DNA of 37,211 nt from positions 1 to 37,211 of the forward strand of contig CADEFY010000002.1 of assembly GCA_902826705.1 (NCBI GenBank), given 5' to 3'. Origin of the DNA: an uncultured bacterium (lineage in GTDB: Bacteria > Eisenbacteria > RBG-16-71-46). The translations under genes were made by a program, and so were the position numbers. Shown here piece by piece: positions 1-8,318 of the stretch; the stretch's first letter is position 1, and each line of letters opens with the position of its first letter. The notes under the pieces were generated by a model, which saw only the letters and a list, made by a program, of their open reading frames with translations, was not told where the DNA came from and made no database searches.

Positions 1-518
1 TACTCGAAGTACACATCGCCGCTGTGCGAGCCGAGTGCGCCGAACACGTCGGGGTGTCGCATCGCCAGCCGCAGCGCGCCGTAGCCGCCCGAGGACTTGC
101 CCACCACTGCACGGTGCTCGCGCGTCGCGAGCGTGCGGAAGCGCTCGTCGATGTGCGGCAGCAGCTCCTGCATCACGTGCGTCTCGTAGCGTCCCGTCGC
201 GCTCGAGTCCAGGTACTGCGACCCGCCGAACCGCGTGTAGCAGTCCGGCATGACGGCGATGCACTCGCGCATGCGGCCGCTCTCGATGAGCTGGTCGAGT
301 CGCTCATCGAGCGATGGGCTGAACGGACTGTCGTTGAGCAGCATGCGGCCGCGTCCGGTGAACCCGGTGAGCACCACGATCACCGGGAAGCGCCGCGTGC
401 TGTCGCGGTCATAGGACGGCGGCAGGTACACGGGCACGCGACGCACATGCGGGTCCCCCGCGGCATTGCCGCGCAGCACGCGGCTCTCGAAGGTGAGGAT
501 CTCGACGCGTCCGGGCAT
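1..518 (-). CDS. putative esterase-family alpha/beta hydrolase (N-terminal part; C-terminus runs off the window start)
   Basis: Not in the ORF track because it has no stop in the window. Reverse translation from the ATG (complement of 516-518) gives MPGRVEILTFESRVLRGNAAGDPHVRRVPVYLPPSYD...HRAVVGKSSGGYGALRLAMRHPDVFGALGSHSGDVYFE. It has a GxSxG-type nucleophile elbow (GKSSGGYG) typical of PF00756-like esterases. Confidence 0.7.
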   Translation of the reverse strand, partial: MPGRVEILTFESRVLRGNAAGDPHVRRVPVYLPPSYDRDSTRRFPVIVVLTGFTGRGRMLLNDSPFSPSLDERLDQLIESGRMRECIAVMPDCYTRFGGSQYLDSSATGRYETHVMQELLPHIDERFRTLATREHRAVVGKSSGGYGALRLAMRHPDVFGALGSHSGDVYFE

Positions 519-701
519 GGGGCCTCGTTCAGGGGGTGGGGGCGGCTGGGCTCGGTTGCAGCGGTATGGCGCGGGACTCTACCGCGGCGGCGACGGGGGC
601 GGCATGCGGTGGCCGGGTGCCGGCAAGGGGCTCAACCCACCCCCCCTCCTCGGCCGATACCTCCTCGGACCACTCCGCCCTGGCAGGCCTCGGAGATCTG
701 C

Positions 702-2297
702 ATGCCGTCCCTTCAGACCGCGACCCCGTCCCAGACCGATCCGCGCGCCCGCGCGCTGCGCCGTGCGGGCTGGCTGTTGTGGTCGGTCACGTTCGCGCTG
801 CTGCTCGCGTTCGCGATCACGGTACCCGCGCTCTACGCACCGCTCCTCAACCTGCTCGGGCAGGAGGAGGCCGCGCCCTGGCTGCGCGACCCCATGCTGG
901 CCGCGGTCGCGGTGTTCGGGCTGGTGGCGGTGTTCGTGCTGTACACGATCACGAAGCAGCGCGAGATCGAGACGATGCGCGACGCGCTCATGCGCGAGGA
1001 GCGCGAGCGGCACGATTCGGCCACGCGGCTCATGGAACTCTCCGAGCTGTTCCAGGTGTCCACCAACCTGCAACTGCAGCTCCGCCTCGACGTGATCCTC
1101 GAGATCATCGTGCGGCGCGTGGTGAGCACCCACAACGCGCAGCAGGCGAGCATCATGATCGTGGATGCGGAGACCGGTGAGCTGGTCACGCGCGCTTCGT
1201 ACGGCCTCGAGGCCGAGTTCTCCAAGGGCGCCCGCCGTCGGCCGGGTGAGGGCATCGCCGGCTGGGTCGCGCAGCGCCGGCAGGCCGTGATGCTGGGCGA
1301 GAAGCTGGAGGGCGGCGAGTTCGCCGCGCACTTCAAGCCCAACCGACGCATCACGTCCTCGCTCTCCCTGCCGCTCTCGCTGGGCGAGCGGGTGATCGGC
1401 GTGCTCAACGTGAACCGCATCAACCACCCCGAGCCGTTCGGCGAATCGCATCTGGAAGTGCTGCGCCTGTTCGGTGAGCACGTGGCCGCGGTGATCGACC
1501 GCGCCGAGATGCTCGAGCGCATGGGGGACCGCACGCGCCAGCTCGAGGCCGACAACGAGAAGCTCTCGGACCTCAACCGCGTGAAGGACGTGTTCCTCTC
1601 CACCGCGAGCCACGAACTCAAGACGCCGCTCACCAGCGTGATCGCCTACGCCGAGATCCTCGACGACCACGACAGCCGGCTGTCGCGAGAGCAGGCGCGG
1701 GACTTCGTGGGGCGGCTGCGCACCGAAGCGCACCGGCTCATGGGACTGATCGAGGACATCCTCGACCTGTCCCGGCTCGAGAGCGGCAAACTGGCGCTCA
1801 AGCTGCGTCCGACCGACCTCGACGAGGTGATCGGCGCCGCGGTCGAGACCTCGCGCTCGTTGGCGCGCAAGTACGGCGTCGAGCTGGCGCAGGACGACCG
1901 CAGGGGGCTGCCCACGCTGGAACTCGACGAGGTGAAGCTGCGCCAGGTGGTGGTCAATCTGCTCGTGAACGCGATCAAGTTCAGCCCGCGCGGCTCGGTC
2001 GTGCGTGTGGGTTCGCACGTCGACGACCGCTTCGTGCGGCTCGAGGTGCGGGACGATGGCCCGGGGGTGGCCCCCGAGATGGCCACGCACATCTTCGAGT
2101 TGTTCGGCCAGGCGCTCGGCCCCGAGTCGGATGGCGGCCGGAGCGGCGTGGGCATCGGCCTGCACCTCGTGAAGCGGATCAGCGAACTGCATGGCGGGCA
2201 CGTGGGCGTGGACAGCCGCCCCGGCCAGGGCAGCACGTTCTGGGTGCGCCTGCCGATCCCGGTGGGCGCGGCCGCCGGCCTGCGCTCGGCCGCCTGA
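702..2297 (+). CDS. membrane sensor histidine kinase with GAF domain
   Basis: In-frame ATG at 702 inside track ORF 24..2297; the upstream part overlaps the divergent esterase and looks non-coding. Two hydrophobic helices (WLLWSVTFALLLAFAITVPALY; MLAAVAVFGLVAVFVLYTI), a GAF-like segment, the H-box FLSTASHELKTPL, and HATPase_c boxes (VVNLLVNAIKFSP, DDGPGV, GVGIGLHLV). Confidence 0.85.
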   Translation: MPSLQTATPSQTDPRARALRRAGWLLWSVTFALLLAFAITVPALYAPLLNLLGQEEAAPWLRDPMLAAVAVFGLVAVFVLYTITKQREIETMRDALMREERERHDSATRLMELSELFQVSTNLQLQLRLDVILEIIVRRVVSTHNAQQASIMIVDAETGELVTRASYGLEAEFSKGARRRPGEGIAGWVAQRRQAVMLGEKLEGGEFAAHFKPNRRITSSLSLPLSLGERVIGVLNVNRINHPEPFGESHLEVLRLFGEHVAAVIDRAEMLERMGDRTRQLEADNEKLSDLNRVKDVFLSTASHELKTPLTSVIAYAEILDDHDSRLSREQARDFVGRLRTEAHRLMGLIEDILDLSRLESGKLALKLRPTDLDEVIGAAVETSRSLARKYGVELAQDDRRGLPTLELDEVKLRQVVVNLLVNAIKFSPRGSVVRVGSHVDDRFVRLEVRDDGPGVAPEMATHIFELFGQALGPESDGGRSGVGIGLHLVKRISELHGGHVGVDSRPGQGSTFWVRLPIPVGAAAGLRSAA

Positions 2298-2484
2298 CCG
2301 CGGACTCCGGCGCGCGGGCTGCGCCGGGCCCGCCTCTGGCCCATGAGCGCGCCAGCGTGCCATAGTGCCGCACACGCCCCTCGTGCCGCTGCGGGCGCCC
2401 CCCACCCTCCGTGCGGGAGTCCTGGTGCCCGAGCCCGAGTCCGAGAGCGTGACACGATCCGAGCCGCCGACCGTACAGGGAGCG

Positions 2485-3072
2485 ATGGGTCCTGACCCGA
2501 CGGAGGCGCCGCGCCTCGACCGGGCCACGCTCGAGCGGGTGTGTCGCCGCGATCCCGAGGCCCTGGGCGTGTTGTTCGACGCCTACTTCGCCTCGGTGTT
2601 CGCGCTGGTGCATCGGCTGCTCGGGGACCGGACGCTGGCTGAGGACGCGGCATCGGAGGTGTTCTTCAAGGTGCAACGGGCGGCTCACACGATCGACCCG
2701 GCGCGCGATCCGGCGCCCTGGATCATGACCATCGCGACCAACGTCTGTCGGGATCTGTGGCGTTCGGGCGCGTACCGCATGCGTCAGCGCGCTCGCTCGG
2801 TGGAGGGCGATCCGGGGGTGCCGGACCTGCTGGTCTCGCCCGTCGCGGAGCCGCCGCGCGCACTGGAGTCCGCCGAACGCGAGCGACTCGTGCGCGAGTC
2901 GCTGCTCGAGCTGCCGGCCACACAGCGGGATGCGATCGTGCTGCATGAGTACGAGGGGCTGAGCCACCACCAGATCGCAGCGCGTGCGGGCATCGAGCCC
3001 GCGGCGGCCCGCAAGCGCTACTCGCGCGCGCTGGCGGCGCTGGGTGAGCGGCTGAGGGCGAAGGGGCTGTGA
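2485..3072 (+). CDS. ECF-type RNA polymerase sigma-70 family factor
   Basis: Track ORF 2365..3072. Preferred start is ATG 2485, preceded by AGGGAG. Region 2 (DAASEVFFKV...PWIMTIATNVCRDLWR) and the region 4 HTH (LPATQRDAIVLHEYEGLSHHQIAARAGIEPAAARKRYSRAL) are present. Confidence 0.85.
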   Translation: MGPDPTEAPRLDRATLERVCRRDPEALGVLFDAYFASVFALVHRLLGDRTLAEDAASEVFFKVQRAAHTIDPARDPAPWIMTIATNVCRDLWRSGAYRMRQRARSVEGDPGVPDLLVSPVAEPPRALESAERERLVRESLLELPATQRDAIVLHEYEGLSHHQIAARAGIEPAAARKRYSRALAALGERLRAKGL

Positions 3073-3902
3073 ACGTGGAACCCGACGATCTGACTCCCGA
3101 GGCGCGCCGCGCGCGCGAGGCGCTGAAGGCCCTGCCGCCGGCGAAGGAGCCGGCGGATGCGGACTTCCGCGCGCGTCTGCGTGCCGGGTTCATCGGGGGC
3201 ACGCTCGTCTCGACCGTGCCGGAGCCCCGGGATCCCGACCGGAGCCGCGTCCTGCGCCTGGCGCGCCCCGCGGTGTGGGTGCCGCTCGCGGCCGCCGCGG
3301 TCCTCGCGATCGTGATCGCGGTCGTGGCCGGCACCCCGGCCTGGGAGGTGATCGCCGTCAACGGCATCGGCGACGTGCGGATCGATGGTGCGGCCGTGTC
3401 GTCCAGCGCCCGTGCGGACCTGGCGCGCCGGCTTCACGGCGGCGCGCACGTGCAACTCGCCGAGGGCGTGTCGCTCGATCTCGTCGCGCCGGGCCAGCTC
3501 GCCATGCACTTCTCGGCGGGCAGCGACGTGCGACTGACCGCGCCGCCACGCCGATGGGGAGCGCGTCGAGCGGAGGTGCGCATCGACCGCGGCGAGGTGT
3601 TCGTCTCCACCGGCGCTGCGTTCCGTGGCGCCGGCCTGGCGGTGATCACGCCCGAGGCGCGAGTCGACGTACGAGGCACGCAGTTCGCGGTCATGCGCTT
3701 CGCGCACGGCACGTGTGTGTGCGTGCTGGAGGGCCGGGTCCAGGTGGGCTCGATGTTCGATTCGACGTCGGCCGAAGTGGTGCAGGGCCAACGCCGATTC
3801 TGCTATCCGAGCCAGCCGGCCTACACGGACTCCATCCTCGAGAGCAGTGTGCACGAGCTGCACCGGTTGCAGGACGTCAGCGGGCTCCCCTCGGGTCGCT
3901 GA
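3069..3902 (+). CDS. FecR-family anti-sigma factor (single-pass membrane protein)
   Basis: The GTG start overlaps the sigma stop (GTGA at 3069-3072). One TM helix (VWVPLAAAAVLAIVIAVVAG) and a C-terminal FecR-like segment (RIDRGEVFVSTG...VDVRGTQFAV). Confidence 0.75.
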   Translation: MNVEPDDLTPEARRAREALKALPPAKEPADADFRARLRAGFIGGTLVSTVPEPRDPDRSRVLRLARPAVWVPLAAAAVLAIVIAVVAGTPAWEVIAVNGIGDVRIDGAAVSSSARADLARRLHGGAHVQLAEGVSLDLVAPGQLAMHFSAGSDVRLTAPPRRWGARRAEVRIDRGEVFVSTGAAFRGAGLAVITPEARVDVRGTQFAVMRFAHGTCVCVLEGRVQVGSMFDSTSAEVVQGQRRFCYPSQPAYTDSILESSVHELHRLQDVSGLPSGR

Positions 3903-3911
3903 ACGAGCGGG

Positions 3912-5315
3912 TCAGGCGGCGCGTTCGTCCTGCTGCGCCGCGGGCCACTGCTCGAGCGGCAGCGCGGCCACGATGCTCCGCTCCGCGGGTACCGGCCCCA
4001 GCCAACGCTGCGCGGACGTGAGCAGCGTGCCATGGGCATCGGCGATCGCCTCGACCAGTGGGCGCTCGGGGTCCGCGGTGGGCGCCACGGTGCGCGTCAG
4101 CGTTCCGTCGTCGAGTCGCACGACCTGGCCGGGCGGATAGAGCCCGATGCCGCGCACGAGGGCGATGCGCACCGCGGGATGCCAGCGCTCGCCGTAGCCC
4201 GCGAGCACTCGCCCCAGCGCTTCGTAGGGCGTGAGTGTCGAGCCGGGCATGGCACGGTGCGCGAGCACGCTCACGAACGCATCGGCGCAGCTGACGATCT
4301 GCGCCAGCAGCGAGGCGCGCTGCGGGTCCTCGACATGGTGCTCGAGTGCCACGCGCATGGCGCGCAGCGCCGTGGGTCCGAGCGGCGTGGCCACGGCCAG
4401 CCGGCGCACGCCGAGCAGCGTGTGTTGCTGCGCGTCCTTCCAGTCCGCGGCACTCCAGTGATCCATCTGCGATCCCAGCACGCGCACGATCTCGGGCTGG
4501 CCGGCATCGTGCAGCAGCGCGGCGGCGCCCACGTCGGACAGCTCGCGGCGGGCAAGGCCCAGGGCGTGACCGATCGCCAGCGCCGTGATCGTGACGTGCA
4601 CGGCGTGCGTGCCCCCGCTGTCCTCGTGGCCGATGTCGACCAGCGCCAGCGTGGCCGGCTCGGGCGTGCCGATGGTGTCCGCGAGCGGCTGCACGAGGCG
4701 CTGCACCCATCGCATCTCCACGCCCTGTTCGAGCGCGCCGGTGGCGAACAGGCGCTCTGCGCCCGAGAGCGCCTGCTCATAGGCGATCAGCGCGGGCCCG
4801 AACGGGGCGTTCTCATCGAGCGCGGGAGGCGCCTCGGCCGGTGCGACGGGCGCCGGCTCGACGTCGAGCGCGATGCCTTCGAGGTCCAGCAGCACCGCGA
4901 CGTGGTCGAGTCCCTGCTCCACGCAGCTCGCTGCGAGCTCCGCGCCCTTGAACTGCTCGCTCGGCACGAACACGCGCATGAACGCTTCGAGCTCGGGGAT
5001 CGTCACCCCGGGGCGGAACACGAGCCCATGGATCCGACGCATGCCCAGTTCGTCCGCCATCGCCTCGAGGAAGCGCAGCGACTTCTGGCGCAGCGGCAGT
5101 CGCGAGCCGTTCAGGTACACGTCCCCGGCACGCACCGCCAGGGTCATGTCGCCGCCGTCGGCGAGCAGCGGTTCGAGCCCGGCCAGGAGCTCGGCGAGAT
5201 GCCGGCTGAAGGTCTGGTTGCCCACCGCGTACGTGCGGCTCGTGCGCATCAGTTGCACGAAGCGGTGCACGACGACGAGGCCCTGTTCGTGGATCAGGTC
5301 GATCTTGGCGCTCAC
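3912..5315 (-). CDS. HD-domain protein, degenerate HD-GYP-like
   Basis: Track ORF 3912..5864. The realistic start is GTG (complement of 5313-5315), which overlaps the stop of the upstream HEAT gene (GTGA). HD motifs are HAVHVTITALAIGHALG and AALLHDAG. The HHExxDGxGYP position reads EHHVEDPQRAS, with no GYP. The C-terminal IGLYPPGQVVRLDDG is typical of HD-GYP proteins. Confidence 0.75.
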   Translation of the reverse strand: MSAKIDLIHEQGLVVVHRFVQLMRTSRTYAVGNQTFSRHLAELLAGLEPLLADGGDMTLAVRAGDVYLNGSRLPLRQKSLRFLEAMADELGMRRIHGLVFRPGVTIPELEAFMRVFVPSEQFKGAELAASCVEQGLDHVAVLLDLEGIALDVEPAPVAPAEAPPALDENAPFGPALIAYEQALSGAERLFATGALEQGVEMRWVQRLVQPLADTIGTPEPATLALVDIGHEDSGGTHAVHVTITALAIGHALGLARRELSDVGAAALLHDAGQPEIVRVLGSQMDHWSAADWKDAQQHTLLGVRRLAVATPLGPTALRAMRVALEHHVEDPQRASLLAQIVSCADAFVSVLAHRAMPGSTLTPYEALGRVLAGYGERWHPAVRIALVRGIGLYPPGQVVRLDDGTLTRTVAPTADPERPLVEAIADAHGTLLTSAQRWLGPVPAERSIVAALPLEQWPAAQQDERAA

Positions 5316-7198
5316 GGGGCGGTCCTCGGTTGGTCGAGTGCGTCGGCACACGCGAGCCGTACCGCGTCGGCGCGGGCGGCGAGTCCGTTCTGGAGCGCGG
5401 CCATGGCGAGCGGGCTGCCGATCCGAGCGAGGGTGCGTGCGGCGGCCGTGCGCTCGGGACTCCGGCGAGCGAACCAGCCGCCGCGGTGCAGCAACTGCTC
5501 CAGCGCCGGGACCGCCTGGTCGTCGGCCACGTCCGCGAGCGTCTGCAGCAGCGCCAGCTTGCGTTCGGGTGACAGGCTCTCGAAGTCCGGCGCGCTGATG
5601 CGGTCGATCAGCGCCGACGCGGCACGCGCATCGGGCTCGCGCGTCATCAACTGCAGCGCGTGCTGCAGCAGCGGCACGTCGGAGCTGTCGAGCTGCTGCA
5701 CGAGCAGCGGCGTGCGCTGCGGTGCCGGCACCTGACCCAGCGCCTGCACGACCGCACGGCGCACGCGGGTGTCGAGGTGGCGCGACGCGGAGACCAGCAT
5801 GGGCATGACCGCGGGACCTCCGATCTGTCCCAACGCGAAGACCACGTTGCGCACCACATGCCACCGCGAGTCGTTCAGGTACGGGCGCAGCGCATCGGGC
5901 TGGTCGCCACAGGTGTAGGCGAGCGCGGTCGTCGCGGCGGCCCGCAGTCGCGCGCGGCCGGCCTGGGCCAGGACGTGGATCAGCAGGTCCAGGATCGGGC
6001 GGCCGATCGCCACGGCGAGCGCGAAGAACCGCGCCTGTTCCTCCTGGGTCGCCGCATCGAGCCGCTCCGCCACCACATCGCGGTCGAGACCGGCGAGCGA
6101 CTGGGCGAGCGGCGCCTCGGTGCGGCTGCCATCGGGGTCGAGCGTGCGCACGGCGTCGAGCGCCTGCCGCGCCTCACTCCACTCACAGTGCTGCACCGCA
6201 TTGGCGACCCAGCTGACCAGCGACGTGAGCACCGCGTCGCGCATGTCCTCGCTCGGGTCGGCGGCACGCACCTCGTCGACGAACGCCCGCACCTGCGTGG
6301 CGTGGGTCGGCGAGGTCTCCACCTTCCAGCGCTCCTGGAAGTCGGCCGCGTGGCGATCCTCGTCGAACACGAGCTGCTGCCACAGGGCTCCGGCGGTGGC
6401 GTCCTCGGAGGGGATCAACCAGTCATCGAAGTGCGTGTCCGCGGGGGCGGGTTCGCCAGCCGTCGGGGCGGACGTCGCGGGCGCAGGGCCCGTCGGGGCG
6501 CCGTCGATGGCGAACGGGTCGCCGAACACGGCGGGGAACGTCGTACGCGAGGTGATGTCGCTGGAGGGCGGCGGCGGCTCCTGGTGACGCGAGAACGAGT
6601 CGCCCGAGAGCACCTGGTCGAACGGGCGGTCATCGACGAGGTCGGCGGCCTGCACGCGCACCGGCGCGCTCGGCGAGTGGCCCGGCTCGGCGTCCTGGAG
6701 CGGCGCACTCGCGGCCGAGCGCACCCGCACATGCGCGAGCCCGGCGCGCCACAGCAGCGTGACCAGATCGTCGCCGGGATCATGCGCCGTGGACACGTCG
6801 AGCAGGATCTGGACCAGCGTCAGCATCTCGTCGCGCGTGAGGTCGTCGAGGAGCGAGAGCTGGCGCAGCCCCTGCTGGTGGAGCACCGCGGGCAACTGGC
6901 GCTCGATCGGGCCCCGCGTGGGGTGGCCGGCCTCGTCGCCCTCGGCGCGCATGACGGACTCGTGCGCGAGCCGGATCTCGAGCGGCAGCACCGTGAGCAC
7001 GATCGGTCCGTGGTCATGCACCAGGTGCACGCCGTCGACGGTGGCGCGTTCGCGGCCGTTGCGCACGTGCGAGGCGTATGGACCATGCCGTCGCGCCAGG
7101 TGCACGAGGCGTTCGAGCTGCTCGAGCCAGTCGGCCGCATCGAGGGCGGCGGGCGAGAGTCCGGATCGCGTCCTGCGCCCGGTCGGGGGCATGCTCAT
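5312..7198 (-). CDS. HEAT-repeat protein
   Basis: Track ORF 5312..7276. Preferred start is ATG (complement of 7196-7198, MSMPPTG...), with GGAG about 12 nt upstream. The C-terminal half has repeated HEAT/PBS-lyase-like units (SRWHVVRNVVFALGQIGGPAVMPML, DTRVRRAVVQALGQV, AVPALEQLL, RTAAARTLARIGSPLAMAAL). The middle is a Pro/Ala-rich linker. Confidence 0.7.
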   Translation of the reverse strand: MSMPPTGRRTRSGLSPAALDAADWLEQLERLVHLARRHGPYASHVRNGRERATVDGVHLVHDHGPIVLTVLPLEIRLAHESVMRAEGDEAGHPTRGPIERQLPAVLHQQGLRQLSLLDDLTRDEMLTLVQILLDVSTAHDPGDDLVTLLWRAGLAHVRVRSAASAPLQDAEPGHSPSAPVRVQAADLVDDRPFDQVLSGDSFSRHQEPPPPSSDITSRTTFPAVFGDPFAIDGAPTGPAPATSAPTAGEPAPADTHFDDWLIPSEDATAGALWQQLVFDEDRHAADFQERWKVETSPTHATQVRAFVDEVRAADPSEDMRDAVLTSLVSWVANAVQHCEWSEARQALDAVRTLDPDGSRTEAPLAQSLAGLDRDVVAERLDAATQEEQARFFALAVAIGRPILDLLIHVLAQAGRARLRAAATTALAYTCGDQPDALRPYLNDSRWHVVRNVVFALGQIGGPAVMPMLVSASRHLDTRVRRAVVQALGQVPAPQRTPLLVQQLDSSDVPLLQHALQLMTREPDARAASALIDRISAPDFESLSPERKLALLQTLADVADDQAVPALEQLLHRGGWFARRSPERTAAARTLARIGSPLAMAALQNGLAARADAVRLACADALDQPRTAP

Positions 7199-7384
7199 GC
7201 GAAGGTCCGTCTCCCGAGCATGGGTGGTCGGCGTGAGGTCCGGAGGCCGGTGCAGGGCCGTCCGGGTGGGGTCCACGGCGGGTATCGGCCGCGGACTCGC
7301 CGGGCTCCACCCTCATCGGGGCGATCACATCTAATGAGAGCCGGACCTCGCCACGAGGCTCGCGCGGCCGGCGCATGCTGGAAT

Positions 7385-7414
7385 TTGACGCTCCGACTCC
7401 GGCTCCCGTAGCCT
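7385..7414 (+). promoter_or_regulatory. possible sigma-70 promoter of rpmH
   Basis: TTGACG (7385-7390), an 18-nt spacer, then TAGCCT (7409-7414), 55 nt upstream of the rpmH ATG. This is a hexamer match by eye only. Confidence 0.3.
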
Positions 7415-7468
7415 GCCCTGTCCTCCTGCTGTGCCCAGAACCCCATCGCAACGGAGTCCCAAGCCGTC

Positions 7469-7609
7469 ATGAAGCGCACTTACCAGCCCAGGAACCGCCG
7501 TCGGAAGAAGGTGCATGGCTTCCGCGCGCGGATGAAGACCAAGGGCGGCCGCAAAGTGCACGCCGCGCGTCGCACGCGTGGCCGCAAGCGCCTGACCGTC
7601 TCGTCCTGA
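7469..7609 (+). CDS. rpmH: 50S ribosomal protein L34
   Basis: Too short for the ORF track. Translation is [46 protein letters not shown], the canonical L34 sequence. It sits directly upstream of rnpA. Confidence 0.97.
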   Translation: MKRTYQPRNRRRKKVHGFRARMKTKGGRKVHAARRTRGRKRLTVSS

Positions 7610-7619
7610 CCGAGCCGCT

Positions 7620-7647
7620 CGCCTCGGCCTGAGCAGCGCCCGAGGCG
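7620..7647 (+). terminator. stem-loop between rpmH and rnpA (possible attenuator or processing site)
   Basis: CGCCTCGG (7620-7627) pairs with CCGAGGCG (7640-7647); 8 bp with a 12-nt loop and no U-tract. Confidence 0.3.
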
Positions 7648-7725
7648 CTGCACGGTCGGCGCGGCCGGTCCTCGACCAACCCGCCTCTTCCGCGCCTCGG
7701 CGCATCGCCTCGCAAGGCGCCCCCC

Positions 7726-8103
7726 ATGGTCCGGCAGCATCCCGAACGCCTCGCGCTAGCTCCTCGCATGACGAGCGGCCGCGACTACTCGGCGGCCCGC
7801 GACGGGGGACGCGCGCATCGAGGCAAGTTCTGCCTCCTCATCTCGCTTCCCGCAGCCGGGGAGCTCACGCGAGTGGGCTTCATCGCCAGCAAGAAGGGAG
7901 TCGGAGGTGCGGTGCAGCGCAATCGGGCTCGACGCCGGCTCCGGGAGATCGTCCGGCGGCGCTGGCCACGGGTGCCGCACCAGGGATACCTACTCGTGTT
8001 CATCGCATCGCGCGCCACGCTGAGCGCGCCCCATCAGCTTCTGGCTTCGGAGGTCGAGAGCCTGCTCGCCCACGCTGGCGCGCTGGTTCCCGCGGTCGCC
8101 TGA
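7726..8103 (+). CDS. rnpA: ribonuclease P protein component
   Basis: Position after rpmH, plus the RNR motif region [18 protein letters not shown]. The start codon is uncertain. Confidence 0.85.
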   Translation: MVRQHPERLALAPRMTSGRDYSAARDGGRAHRGKFCLLISLPAAGELTRVGFIASKKGVGGAVQRNRARRRLREIVRRRWPRVPHQGYLLVFIASRATLSAPHQLLASEVESLLAHAGALVPAVA

Positions 8104-8107
8104 CCCC

Positions 8108-8317
8108 ATGCGACACCTCGCGGTCCTCCTCGTCCGGCTCTACCAGCGGCTGATGCCCTCCTCGATGCGCGGCTCCTGCCGCCATCTGCCCACCTGCTCC
8201 GAGTACGCGTGCGAGGCCGTCACGCGCTACGGCACCGTGCGCGGCATCGTGCTCGCGCTGCGCCGGCTCGGGCGCTGCCACCCGCTCGGTTCGGCGGGCT
8301 ACGACCCGGTGCCCTGA
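8108..8317 (+). CDS. yidD: membrane protein insertion efficiency factor YidD
   Basis: 69 aa: [59 protein letters not shown], matching the conserved YidD cysteine pattern. It lies between rnpA and yidC. Confidence 0.95.
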   Translation: MRHLAVLLVRLYQRLMPSSMRGSCRHLPTCSEYACEAVTRYGTVRGIVLALRRLGRCHPLGSAGYDPVP

Positions 8318-8318
8318 C

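Noticed and set aside
532-646. G-run/C-run inverted repeat (GGGGGTGGG at 532-540 and CCCACCCCC around 636-644) in the esterase-kinase divergent spacer
   Set aside because: Homopolymer-like G/C runs pair trivially in 70% GC DNA. The arms are about 95 nt apart and nothing else supports a functional element.
24-701. N-terminal 226 codons of track ORF 24..2297
   Set aside because: This part overlaps the divergent esterase gene, which has clear motifs, and reads as Arg/Ala-rich junk. The kinase plausibly starts at ATG 702, just before its first TM helix.
3850-3863. TGCAC-GAGC-TGCAC, superficially similar to the proposed LexA box
   Set aside because: The halves are direct rather than inverted repeats, and the site lies inside the anti-sigma coding sequence.
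4032-7411. Plus-strand ORFs 4032..5735 (567 aa) and 5660..7411 (583 aa) opposite the HD and HEAT genes
   Set aside because: Their composition is Arg/His/Gly-rich, typical of an antisense frame. The minus-strand frames carry HD and HEAT motifs and a coupled GTGA junction.
7199-7468. Possible oriC or DnaA-box cluster upstream of rpmH
   Set aside because: There are no TTATCCACA-like 9-mers and no AT-rich unwinding element, and dnaA is not adjacent. I only propose a weak promoter there.
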